A stretch of DNA of 64,000 bases from an uncultured Lachnospiraceae bacterium. Its GTDB lineage: Bacteria > Bacillota > Clostridia > TANB77 > CAG-508. Positions 21,454-30,165 of this stretch are shown here, one piece after another. Below the pieces are notes generated by a model that worked only from the letters and a program-made list of their open reading frames with translations, was not told the origin of the DNA and searched no databases. The translations under genes and the position numbers were made by a program. The stretch covers positions 29,113 through 93,112 of the forward strand of contig CAMEHU010000001.1 of NCBI GenBank assembly GCA_945917765.1. The letters are read 5' to 3'. Numbering within the stretch: the stretch's first letter is position 1; each line of letters opens with the position of its first letter.

Positions 21454-21613
21454 CTGGAATCATAGAATTATGTAGCGTTCAGAAATATATTAATACGCAG
21501 TGGAGTGCGCAGTTTGGCGCTCCTACCTTATGTCTTTATCTCAAATCTTAGCGCCAGTAAACGAACGGAGTATTAATCATATTTCTGAACACTACATAAT
21601 TCTATGATTCCAG
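21454..21613. repeat. 160-bp foldback (MITE-like or structured RNA)
   Basis: ~43-bp near-perfect arms ctggaatcatagaattatgtag..gttcagaaatat..attaatac plus an inner tggcgct/agcgcca stem. Confidence 0.8.
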
Positions 21614-21737
21614 TGGGTTATTTCATAAAAAAACTGTAACGTTTACTAAGCAAAGTATTACATTACTCATATACTTTTTTAACATAGGTCATCATATTTC
21701 CTTAATAAATATCTGAAAAATACCTAAAAAATGTTTC

Positions 21738-22595
21738 TTATTCAATAAATTCTATCAAATCATCTGATTGTATTCCATTCAAATTATAATAATTACTTGG
21801 AACTTCGCCTACAATTACCGCTTCTGCAATTAAAACTTGATTAACTATGTTTTGTTCTATGCTGTCAAATGGCGTTAAAACCGTAACATTGCAACTTACA
21901 TTTAAATATATTCTATGTAATGTTTGATTGATTCCAGATTGAGAGAACTGTGAAACTAAATTTGTTTCTACATTTCCTACAGTTGCCATTTTTATAGGAA
22001 CATTCGGTCCTCTACCAGATAAAATCTTACTACCCGTAAAAGTTCCAAGTTTTATAGAAAACTCTTCGCTATTATAATTTTCTAATCCGTCTTGAATTTT
22101 TAATGCAACATCAGAAGTTATCGCATTTACAGTTATAACATTCATTTGAATCATTTTTATATTTCCTTTATCATCTTTTATTACATTTGAAATATCATCA
22201 TACTTATATTTTTCCATAACTATTGTTGCTTGTTCATTTGAAACTTTTGTTGCAATTGCTTTTGCCATATCAATACATAAGATGTTCACAGTTGGCTCAA
22301 TAGTTGCAATTATTCTATTTGCTATAAAAACAGCAATAATAACTATAATTGCTGTTTTTATTAATTTTTTGTTTATGATATTATTATTTTGAAAAAATTG
22401 ATTTAAATTATTTTGATTATTCTGATTGTTTTGATTGTTTTGATTGTTTTGATTATTTTTTACGTTATTATTATTCATATTAATTCCATTATTAATCACT
22501 TTACCATAATTATTTCTGAATTTTAAGTTGCTTCCTCTTCTATTTTTTCTTAGTTTTGGAAGCAATAATCTTTTTCTTGAATAAATTTTATCCAT
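21738..22595 (-). CDS. yunB: Sporulation protein YunB (with an Asn/Gln-rich insertion)
   Basis: LSGRGPNVPIK, GINQTLHRIY, EAVIVGEVPSNYY; start moved to the ATG after GAGG. Confidence 0.9.
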   Translation of the reverse strand: MDKIYSRKRLLLPKLRKNRRGSNLKFRNNYGKVINNGINMNNNNVKNNQNNQNNQNNQNNQNNLNQFFQNNNIINKKLIKTAIIVIIAVFIANRIIATIEPTVNILCIDMAKAIATKVSNEQATIVMEKYKYDDISNVIKDDKGNIKMIQMNVITVNAITSDVALKIQDGLENYNSEEFSIKLGTFTGSKILSGRGPNVPIKMATVGNVETNLVSQFSQSGINQTLHRIYLNVSCNVTVLTPFDSIEQNIVNQVLIAEAVIVGEVPSNYYNLNGIQSDDLIEFIE

Positions 22596-22625
22596 ACTAA
22601 CCTCTAAAGCCAATGGAAAGCCAAT

Positions 22626-22648
22626 GGGAAAAGACCGTCCCCAAAGTC
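22626..22648. repeat. REP-like repeat, single unit
   Basis: aaagaccgtccccaaagtct matches the family core. Confidence 0.7.
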
Positions 22649-24178
22649 TTACACAAACTTTGGGATAAATAATTGCTGTCCAACGCTTAATCTGTTTTCA
22701 TCTTCTATTCCATTCACTGATGTGATTGCATTTATTGTGCTTTTAAATTTTTTAGCAATATTCCATAATGTATCACCTGGTTTAACAAAATATACGACTA
22801 TGCTGTATATATTTTCGTCTTCATTTTCTAAAATAGCTAAATTATCAACAACTTTTATTTCAATCATTTTTGAAATGTCTGAAATCACATTTAAATCTAC
22901 ATTTGCTTCAATACTACCATCTCCAGCTTCTGAAAATTGTTTTGTTGTTATTTCAATGTTTGTGTTTATATTTGAGTTGCTTGATGCACCTGGGCAGTCT
23001 AAGTTACAGCTAAATGGTATTGTTTGTGTTCTTAAATCTAATCTGTTAGTTAATCCTGAGATATATAAGATTTTCACTTCAAGTTCTCCATCATAAATGA
23101 TTTTATCATTATAAATATTCTGTTTTATAATTTTAGGAATTATTTCAGAATTGCAAATTTTTGAATTTTGTAATTCAGGAATAACTATTTTTTCCGTTAG
23201 AGAGGTTTTGTTGTTTAAAATCTGTTTATCTTGCATAACAGTAATGTTTTTTTGGCTTATATCAAGATTTTCTGTTGGACTATATAAATCTTGTATTATA
23301 TTTAATTCTTTTTTCTCAAAAACATTACAAGTTATTTCTATTTCGACTTCTATGTATATTGAATGTTCTTCAACACTATTTGGTTTTAATAACATATTTT
23401 TTATTTCATAACTTACATTACATAAACTGTCATCAGATACAGATGGCATATCAACAAATCCCATAACCGGTATCTGCCAATTTAGTTCTTTTATTCTATT
23501 GTCATCTGTTAAATAAACTAAATTTACTACCATATCTGATTTAGCTAAAACCTTATTATAACTTGTTTTTGTTTCTTTATTAATAATGTTAAGATTTACT
23601 TTCAAAATTTCTGCTAAATTATCAGTATTTTCCATTGTCATTGTATCTTTTGCATATACTTTTGTAATTCCTGTTCCAACCAATGAATCTATTATTGCTG
23701 ATGTGTTTAGAATTTGAATGTCTTCCCTGTTTTCTATATCTTTTATAAATTCAATATTTTCGTTTGAATATACTGTAATGTCAATATCTATATTTGTTTT
23801 TATATTAACTTTTCTGCCGTTTAGTATTTTACATTCAATGTTATTTAAGTTTATAATACTTTCCATATTCATATTTGGATTTGAATTTTCCATATCTATT
23901 ACTTTAGTAAAATCAATTACAGTATTAATTCCCCTTACAGTGCTGTTTTCGTCATCTGCTAGGTACATTATATATACTTGTACTCCACCATCTATTCTGA
24001 TTTTTCCATCTAATATTTCTTTTTTATAAATACACACTGTTCCATTAGTGTTTATTGTGCTTAATATATCTGGTTTTATATCTGGAATTATAACATCACC
24101 TTCAGCTATTATGTTTTCTTTAGCTTTTCCAATTATTTGATTAACACATAAGTTTTCTTTTAATGTTTCTATAGCCAT
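22649..24178 (-). CDS. SPOCS (DUF3794) domains plus LysM, SipL-like spore coat assembly protein
   Basis: DVIIPDIKPDI SPOCS start; C-terminal LysM YFVKPGDTLWNIAKKF; lies next to veg and yabG. Confidence 0.88.
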   Translation of the reverse strand: MAIETLKENLCVNQIIGKAKENIIAEGDVIIPDIKPDILSTINTNGTVCIYKKEILDGKIRIDGGVQVYIMYLADDENSTVRGINTVIDFTKVIDMENSNPNMNMESIINLNNIECKILNGRKVNIKTNIDIDITVYSNENIEFIKDIENREDIQILNTSAIIDSLVGTGITKVYAKDTMTMENTDNLAEILKVNLNIINKETKTSYNKVLAKSDMVVNLVYLTDDNRIKELNWQIPVMGFVDMPSVSDDSLCNVSYEIKNMLLKPNSVEEHSIYIEVEIEITCNVFEKKELNIIQDLYSPTENLDISQKNITVMQDKQILNNKTSLTEKIVIPELQNSKICNSEIIPKIIKQNIYNDKIIYDGELEVKILYISGLTNRLDLRTQTIPFSCNLDCPGASSNSNINTNIEITTKQFSEAGDGSIEANVDLNVISDISKMIEIKVVDNLAILENEDENIYSIVVYFVKPGDTLWNIAKKFKSTINAITSVNGIEDENRLSVGQQLFIPKFV

Positions 24179-24210
24179 TTTTATACCTCCTACTTTTTAT
24201 TTAGTAAAGT

Positions 24211-24236
24211 ATATTATGGTTAGTTTCAAAATATTC
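24211..24236 (-). promoter_or_regulatory. Putative sigma-E promoter of the SPOCS-LysM gene
   Basis: GAATATT...CATAATAT on the minus strand upstream of the AGGAGG RBS. Confidence 0.5.
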
Positions 24237-24267
24237 TTAAATTTTAGTGTTATTTTTTTCTATTTAA

Positions 24268-24336
24268 AAAAACAAACCCTTTAAAATTGAACTCTACTTT
24301 TGGTTGTATAGTTCAAAGTTAAAGGGTTTGTTTTTC
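24268..24336. terminator. Long hairpin / probable terminator downstream of veg
   Basis: aaaaacaaaccctttaa..ttgaact / agttcaa..ttaaagggtttgttttt. Confidence 0.65.
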
Positions 24337-24369
24337 TTGAATACAATAATTTTAATTTTTACATTTTAT

Positions 24370-24643
24370 TTGTCTTTTGAGTTTTAAACAAATTTTTCTT
24401 TTGGTTTTTGATTAAATATTTTTCTTTTGTGTTTTTTTATTTATCTTTTGATTTCCAAATCACTTTATCTTTTGTTTCTTTAAATTATTTTATCATTTGA
24501 AATTCGAATAAATTTATCATTTGAAACTTTGCATTTTTTCATTTGATATTCACATAAGTTTATCATTTGATTTTTACATATATTTCATCATTTGATATTT
24601 TAAATATTTCATCATTTGAACCTCGAATAATTTTATCTTTTGA
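24370..24643. repeat. Array of 12 direct repeats TTATCWTTTGA at ~24-bp period
   Basis: Units start at about 24370, 24394, 24420, 24441, 24465, 24490, 24514, 24536, 24560, 24585, 24609 and 24633, with variable 10-15-nt spacers. Confidence 0.8.
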
Positions 24644-24648
24644 GCATT

Positions 24649-24954
24649 CTATAATGTTGCTTTTACTTTCTTCATTTCCTCCGGAACTGGTGGTAATAAT
24701 GGATTATATTTTTCACCATCAAAAACCTCTAGTTCTACAGTTCTAGTTAATATATCTATATAGCTCCATGTTGCATTTCTATCTTCATTATCATATTTTA
24801 CTATAAACATATTTGGATATGCTTTCTCAACTGTAGCTTCTTTTTCAAACGATTTACTCCTTCCTAGAGAGCCCTTAACAATTATTCGTTGTTTGTTCCC
24901 ACTCATTTCTTCAATATCTGCTTTAATATTTGAAATATCATTTTTGCAAATCAT
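24649..24954 (-). CDS. veg: Veg family protein
   Basis: GRSKSFEKEATVEKAYPNMFIV...SYIDILTRTVEL. Confidence 0.85.
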   Translation of the reverse strand: MICKNDISNIKADIEEMSGNKQRIIVKGSLGRSKSFEKEATVEKAYPNMFIVKYDNEDRNATWSYIDILTRTVELEVFDGEKYNPLLPPVPEEMKKVKATL

Positions 24955-25189
24955 TTATAAATCACCTACTTCTTTAAGATACTTTGATTATAGCATCAGG
25001 GGTAAAAATTGTCAAAGTACACTTGCAACAGTGTTTTCGTCTAAACCTCAGTAATATCAACAGGTTCAAGGTTTATTTTTATCAATGTTACATTTTTATC
25101 ACATTTTTATTACAAAATTATTACATTGTTTCATTTTATATATTTTTATTTATAAATAGCCTTTTTATTTAGTTTTTTCATCTCATATT

Positions 25190-25218
25190 CACATTTCGAC
25201 ATAATCAGACATAAAATA
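25190..25218 (+). promoter_or_regulatory. Putative sigma-K promoter of yabG overlapping tandem Spo0A-like boxes
   Basis: CACA-16 bp-CATAAAATA; TTCGACA at 25195 and TCAGACA at 25205. Confidence 0.55.
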
Positions 25219-25250
25219 TATTAACCTGCAAAAAATGGAGTGATGTTTAA

Positions 25251-26048
25251 TTGAAAAGGATAAAAAAAGGTGATATAGTTGGAAGATTATCTTATGGAAA
25301 AGATATAATTTTCGTTGTTGATAGAATTATAAAACTAAATAATAACAATCAAATAGCAATATTAAAGGGCTTAACTATGAGAATTAAAGCTGATAGTGAT
25401 ATAACCGATTTAGAAATAATTGATAAAAGAATTGTAAAATCTAGTGAGAAAAAAATTGAGGATAGAATTTTGAATCATTTAAGTAAATATACAAAACGAC
25501 AACGAAAATCTTATAATTTTGGTAAAATATTGCATTTAGATGGTGATAGTAGATATTCACAAAAATCCACTAGATACTATAGAGATATGGGTATTAACGC
25601 TATTGTTAAAAACATTTCGGAAACAAGACAACCATTGGTAGTAAAAGGTCTGCTTAGTAAGTATAGACCTGATATTTTGGTGATTACAGGGCATGATGGA
25701 ATGATTAAAAGAGGTACTGGTTTTAATGATATTTATAATTATAGACATTCTGCATATTTCGTAAAAACTGTTATTAATGCTAGACAATGGGAGAATCACT
25801 CGAATAATTTAGCTATTTTTGCAGGTGCATGTCAAAGCTATTATGAAGCTCTTATCCAAGCAGGAGCAAATTTTGCTTCATCACCTGCTAGAATCTTAAT
25901 AGATTTTATTGATCCATTAATAGTTGCTGAAAATATTGCTATTGCTGATAGAAATAATTTTGTTTCTATTAAGAATTTTGAAAACGAATTAAGAGATGGT
26001 CAAAAAGGTATTAGTGGAATTGGGAGTTTTGGGAAGAAAAATGAATGA
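25251..26048 (+). CDS. yabG: Sporulation peptidase YabG
   Basis: ILHLDGD, PDILVITGHD, FAGACQS, GANFASSPAR. Confidence 0.95.
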   Translation: MKRIKKGDIVGRLSYGKDIIFVVDRIIKLNNNNQIAILKGLTMRIKADSDITDLEIIDKRIVKSSEKKIEDRILNHLSKYTKRQRKSYNFGKILHLDGDSRYSQKSTRYYRDMGINAIVKNISETRQPLVVKGLLSKYRPDILVITGHDGMIKRGTGFNDIYNYRHSAYFVKTVINARQWENHSNNLAIFAGACQSYYEALIQAGANFASSPARILIDFIDPLIVAENIAIADRNNFVSIKNFENELRDGQKGISGIGSFGKKNE

Positions 26049-26144
26049 GCAATTTTTGGATGGTCTTTTTGAGACTTTTTGGGCGGTCTTTTGAGACTCA
26101 AAAGACCGCCCAAAGAGTCTCAAAAAGACCTCCCAAATTGCTCA
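26046..26144. repeat. 99-bp near-perfect palindrome built from REP-like units
   Basis: tgagcaattt..ggtctttttgagac..gggcggtctttt | aaaagaccgccc..gtctcaaaaagacc..aaattgctca, between convergent genes. Confidence 0.85.
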
Positions 26145-26147
26145 CTT

Positions 26148-29042
26148 TTAATTAGCTTTATAAAACTCTTTTTCCTCATCAGTTATCTTAGTTAAAAACA
26201 ATCTTGTATTTCTAAAATATCTAGTACAATCTAATGCTGCTTTTTTTATTTTATCACTTTCTGATTTATGGAAATTTGAGTAAATTATTTCATTGAAATT
26301 TCTTCTAAATTCATAGAAATATCCTCTGTCAAATTTGTTTAATAAATCATATATACCTAAAATATACTCCTCTTCAGCACCTTCAACTAAGGCTTTTTCA
26401 ATAATTTTCATTACATCAACTGAATTTAATTCCTCTTGTTTTATAGAACATAGTTCAACTAAATTTTCTAATAACGTATAGTTTCCTTTTATTAATTCAG
26501 CATTTTCAACAGCTTTTTTGTATTCTTCTGAATCAAAATTTTCATCTGGTGTATTTTCTTCTTCAGCCATTGAAATATCATCTACATCGCATTCTATTAC
26601 ATCTGTTAATTTGTAATTAGATAATTTTTCTTCAATTTTCAAGCAATCATCTATAGAATTAACATCTGATAAAATTTGATTAATAACTTCAGACATTCTA
26701 TAAACATCACCATTATCTAAACATTTAGCCATAAAAGCATATGCTTTATCATAATCTAAATTATCTAAACCTTTAATATTTTGATTTAATTCATATACTT
26801 TACTTATTCTTGTGAAATTATCATCTAATTCTTGAATAACTGCATTTGGTTCTGTAGCTAAACTAATGTTGTTTACTAAGAATTTTACATATTCAGAAAT
26901 ATTTCCACCTTCTTCATAAAATGGATCACTATTTTCTTTCAAGAACTCAAAAGATTTATCATAATTTTCTTTTGAAATACTTTCACTAATTCTTCTAATT
27001 AATACATTCATTATATTAGCAGGAATTTCAATTTCTAAATTGCTAAATAGATTTAATGCATTGTCTGGATAATAATTATAATTATCTGCAACAATTTCTA
27101 AATACTTAGTATACTCTGATTCAGAAATATAGTCTTTATTTGCGTTAATCAATGTATTTAAATTTTCAAAGTATTCTTTATCAGAAGGATTGTTTTTATA
27201 TACTTCTAATAAGTTGACAAAATTATTTGTAATAAATTCCTTCTTATCTTGTTTATTATCAAATTCCTCAGTTAATTCTAATATTTCTTGACTTGTTAAT
27301 TCAGTAAGATTTTCTTCTCCTAAAATATACGAATTAATATTTTTTCCTTTAAATAATTTTTCAGATTTTATTTTAGTTGCATACATTAATGTAGGCATAT
27401 TTTCAATTTGATAATTTCTAGTTTGTCTTAAGAAATACACAAGAGGTCTACTTTTATTTGTAAAGAATGGTTTTAAATCATCATCAATATCATTCCATGC
27501 ATTTCGTAAATCATCTGGCTCCATGCAATAATATTTTGTAATATCATCTAAATAATCGAAATCTATAAATAAAGTATTATAGAATTTTTCGAAATCCGCT
27601 TGTAGAACAGAAATCTTAGCTAATTGACATTCAAAATCCTTGCTATTTAAAATTTTATCATCAATTTTTCCGCTTTCTATTCTTTTGGCAATTAATAATT
27701 TATTATGAATATAATTATTAATTAGTTTTTTAGCATGTCTTGGTGTAACAACATTTCTATAAACTAAAACATTTCTTATAGTTTTTTCAAATGTAGCCAA
27801 ATCACTGTATTCTTCAATAAAATCAGAAGCTTCTTGTTCAACTAAATTAACTGCATAATCTTTAATATCTGTGTTTGAAAAATGTGGCACATCAAATTTA
27901 AATTGAAATACCTTATCTAAAATTCTTTCTAATTTTAGAGGTCGGTAATTTGCACCATTTTTCATTTGATTTCTAACTTTAATTGCTTTTTCTAAAATCT
28001 TGTCATCAATTGAAACTAAAATAATGCAATTAATATATTCGCTGCAATGCTTAATATCATCAAGAGTTTTTAGCATTTTAGCAACAGTTAGTTTATCAAT
28101 ATCTTCAATAATAATTATATTTTTTCTTAATGAATCTATAATTTGTGAATTAATAATTTGTTTGTTAATTATTGTTGAATTTTGAGCAATATTATTCTGC
28201 TTAATATCCATTATTTGAGCATCATTATTTATATTTAAACTTGTTCCTTTAATATTATTTTCACTATTTTTCTTTTCTGCTACAGATTTTTTAGTTGCAA
28301 TCATTAAAGTTTGCACAATGTATGCAATTGCAGTTAAGCCAAATGCGAAAATCATAATCATTAAGAAGTTTTCACGATAATTTAAATAAGTATTCTCAAC
28401 AAAGAAAACATCATTACTATAAATAGATTTATTCCCCATATATTCCATGAAAATAAAAATTAAAGTTGTAATTAAAAAACAAATTAGAAATGTTAAAACG
28501 AATTTTACAACACTAAAAATCCCTTTAACTGCTGATTTTCTTTGGTCCTTTAAATCTTCTTTTTTATCTTCTTCTATATATGCATCACTATTATAATAAT
28601 CATCAATTAAATTTTGTTTTTCTGTTTCTGAATCCACACTTTTTTGTGCATTTGCATCACTTGAAATAGCTGTAGATTGAACATTATTGGCAATGTCTGC
28701 ATTATTTAAAACAGCATTATTGTTGATATTGGCAACACATTGAACGCTTTGTACACAATTCTCATCTAATATTTGTTTTAATGTAGTTTCATTTTTCCAT
28801 ATATTAATTTTTTTAACATTATATTCTTCAGGCAAATTTTCATATTTCTCAGCAACCATATTAATTATAGAAGATTTACCAATTCCACTTTTTCCATTTA
28901 CAGATATTGCAAATGGTGGCTTTGTAGTGTCTATAATTGATATTATGTTATTAACTACATCTTTGGCTCCAAGTTTATCTTGGTTGATTGATGTGAGTTC
29001 TTCATCTTTAATAAAATATTTTTTTATTATTTCATCACTCAT
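26148..29042 (-). CDS. KAP family P-loop NTPase
   Basis: PFAISVNGKSGIGKS Walker A, two inserted TM helices, IIIIEDIDKL Walker B, LDKVFQ and TPRHAKKLIN. Confidence 0.85.
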   Translation of the reverse strand: MSDEIIKKYFIKDEELTSINQDKLGAKDVVNNIISIIDTTKPPFAISVNGKSGIGKSSIINMVAEKYENLPEEYNVKKINIWKNETTLKQILDENCVQSVQCVANINNNAVLNNADIANNVQSTAISSDANAQKSVDSETEKQNLIDDYYNSDAYIEEDKKEDLKDQRKSAVKGIFSVVKFVLTFLICFLITTLIFIFMEYMGNKSIYSNDVFFVENTYLNYRENFLMIMIFAFGLTAIAYIVQTLMIATKKSVAEKKNSENNIKGTSLNINNDAQIMDIKQNNIAQNSTIINKQIINSQIIDSLRKNIIIIEDIDKLTVAKMLKTLDDIKHCSEYINCIILVSIDDKILEKAIKVRNQMKNGANYRPLKLERILDKVFQFKFDVPHFSNTDIKDYAVNLVEQEASDFIEEYSDLATFEKTIRNVLVYRNVVTPRHAKKLINNYIHNKLLIAKRIESGKIDDKILNSKDFECQLAKISVLQADFEKFYNTLFIDFDYLDDITKYYCMEPDDLRNAWNDIDDDLKPFFTNKSRPLVYFLRQTRNYQIENMPTLMYATKIKSEKLFKGKNINSYILGEENLTELTSQEILELTEEFDNKQDKKEFITNNFVNLLEVYKNNPSDKEYFENLNTLINANKDYISESEYTKYLEIVADNYNYYPDNALNLFSNLEIEIPANIMNVLIRRISESISKENYDKSFEFLKENSDPFYEEGGNISEYVKFLVNNISLATEPNAVIQELDDNFTRISKVYELNQNIKGLDNLDYDKAYAFMAKCLDNGDVYRMSEVINQILSDVNSIDDCLKIEEKLSNYKLTDVIECDVDDISMAEEENTPDENFDSEEYKKAVENAELIKGNYTLLENLVELCSIKQEELNSVDVMKIIEKALVEGAEEEYILGIYDLLNKFDRGYFYEFRRNFNEIIYSNFHKSESDKIKKAALDCTRYFRNTRLFLTKITDEEKEFYKAN

Positions 29043-29140
29043 TATTAATTCAACATCCCTTCGATTTTTTTCTTATAAAGTATATCAGATTTTTGAAGGA
29101 ATTTCAATGGGTTGGGGATTATTTAATCTCAAAAAAAGTA

Positions 29141-29169
29141 TTGACATAATACTAATATTATGATATATT
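29141..29169 (+). promoter_or_regulatory. Sigma-A promoter
   Basis: TTGACA-17 bp-TATATT with an extended TG. Confidence 0.7.
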
Positions 29170-29218
29170 ATAGTCCACACGTTTATAAACCCCATTCATA
29201 AATGAAAGGAGCATAATT

Positions 29219-29554
29219 ATGTTCTATGATTATGAATATTATCCCGCTCAACCAAAAACACTCTTTCAGGGTACTGGAGCTGAATTAGCTAAAAAATTAA
29301 AAGCTAATCCTCAGTTATTTATAGTTGGCGGTGGTAATGGCTCATGGGTACTTGCAGGTTATTCATTTGGAAGAATCTATGAATTTGACAATGAATCCTC
29401 TCGTACACTCATTCGTTCAGTAACTCCTAGCAAAGATCTTATCAGACTCATGCACAACAAAACAAAAGTGACTGAGAAAGATTATCAGGTTATTGCTGAG
29501 GATCTGAATAGTGGTAAGTTGAGCTTTGATGAACTCACTAAACCTCTGTATTGA
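29219..29554 (+). CDS. Hypothetical protein
   Basis: 111 aa with an AAAGGAG RBS and its own promoter and terminator. Confidence 0.78.
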   Translation: MFYDYEYYPAQPKTLFQGTGAELAKKLKANPQLFIVGGGNGSWVLAGYSFGRIYEFDNESSRTLIRSVTPSKDLIRLMHNKTKVTEKDYQVIAEDLNSGKLSFDELTKPLY

Positions 29555-29558
29555 GCCG

Positions 29559-29597
29559 AAAAACAAGCTGGAGATTTTTTCTCCAGCTTGTTTTTTT
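29559..29597. terminator. Bidirectional intrinsic terminator
   Basis: aaaaacaagctggaga / tctccagcttgttttt perfect stem. Confidence 0.85.
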
Positions 29598-29681
29598 AGT
29601 TCAATAATAAATGTCGAAATATGTAACAACAATCGTGTTACGCATTTCGACATTTTTTGACAAATTAAATTACTAATATTA

Positions 29682-30092
29682 TTAATCTCTACTATACAAA
29701 TCCCTTGTATAAACTTTATCTTTAACAACCTCCAAAGCACTTTCTAATCTATTAGCTAAAATAACATCACTATCTTCAGAAAATTCTTCGAAATCATTTA
29801 CAACTCTACAACCATTAAACTCAGTTGCCTTTAAAGTAGGTTCATAAATAATAATTTCAACATCCTCATCTTTTAATCTTTCAATAATACCTTGAATGGC
29901 ACTTGCTCTAAAGTTATCAGAATCTGTTTTCATTGTTAATCTATAAATACCAACTACTTCAGGGTCTCTACGCATAATCATTTCAGTTATATGTTTCTTT
30001 CTAGTTCTATTAGAACGTACAATAGCTCTAATTAAGTTTTGTGGTACATTATCATAATTAGCTAATAATTGCTTTGTATCTTTTGGTAAACA
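29682..30092 (-). pseudogene. ugd: 3' fragment of UDP-glucose 6-dehydrogenase, beginning at the catalytic Cys codon
   Basis: [13 protein letters not shown]...[22 protein letters not shown]...KVYTRDLY is the HasB/Ugd C-terminus. The expected upstream GYGGY is replaced by unrelated sequence. Confidence 0.9.
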
Positions 30093-30165
30093 ACCTGTCG
30101 CTTCTATTGTGTGTAATATTCTTAACAAAAACCAAAAGAAAACCTGTATTTATGCAGGTTTTAAG
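30085..30165. other. Putative att junction and terminal palindrome
   Basis: ugd homology stops at 30092/30093; the palindrome aaaacctgtatttatgcaggtttt overlaps the last recombinase stop codon. Confidence 0.6.

Noticed and set aside
22380-22480. NNQ repeat in YunB as a functional novelty
   Set aside because: In-frame 9-bp slippage in a probably disordered N-terminal region.
24370-24643. CRISPR array
   Set aside because: Repeats are only 11 bp and degenerate, spacers are 10-15 nt, and there is no cas gene in the window; kept as a repeat array instead.
30093-30128. Element-supplied new N-terminus ([12 protein letters not shown]) rescuing ugd
   Set aside because: TTG start without an RBS, and the product would lack the whole NAD-binding domain, so it is most likely chance open frame.
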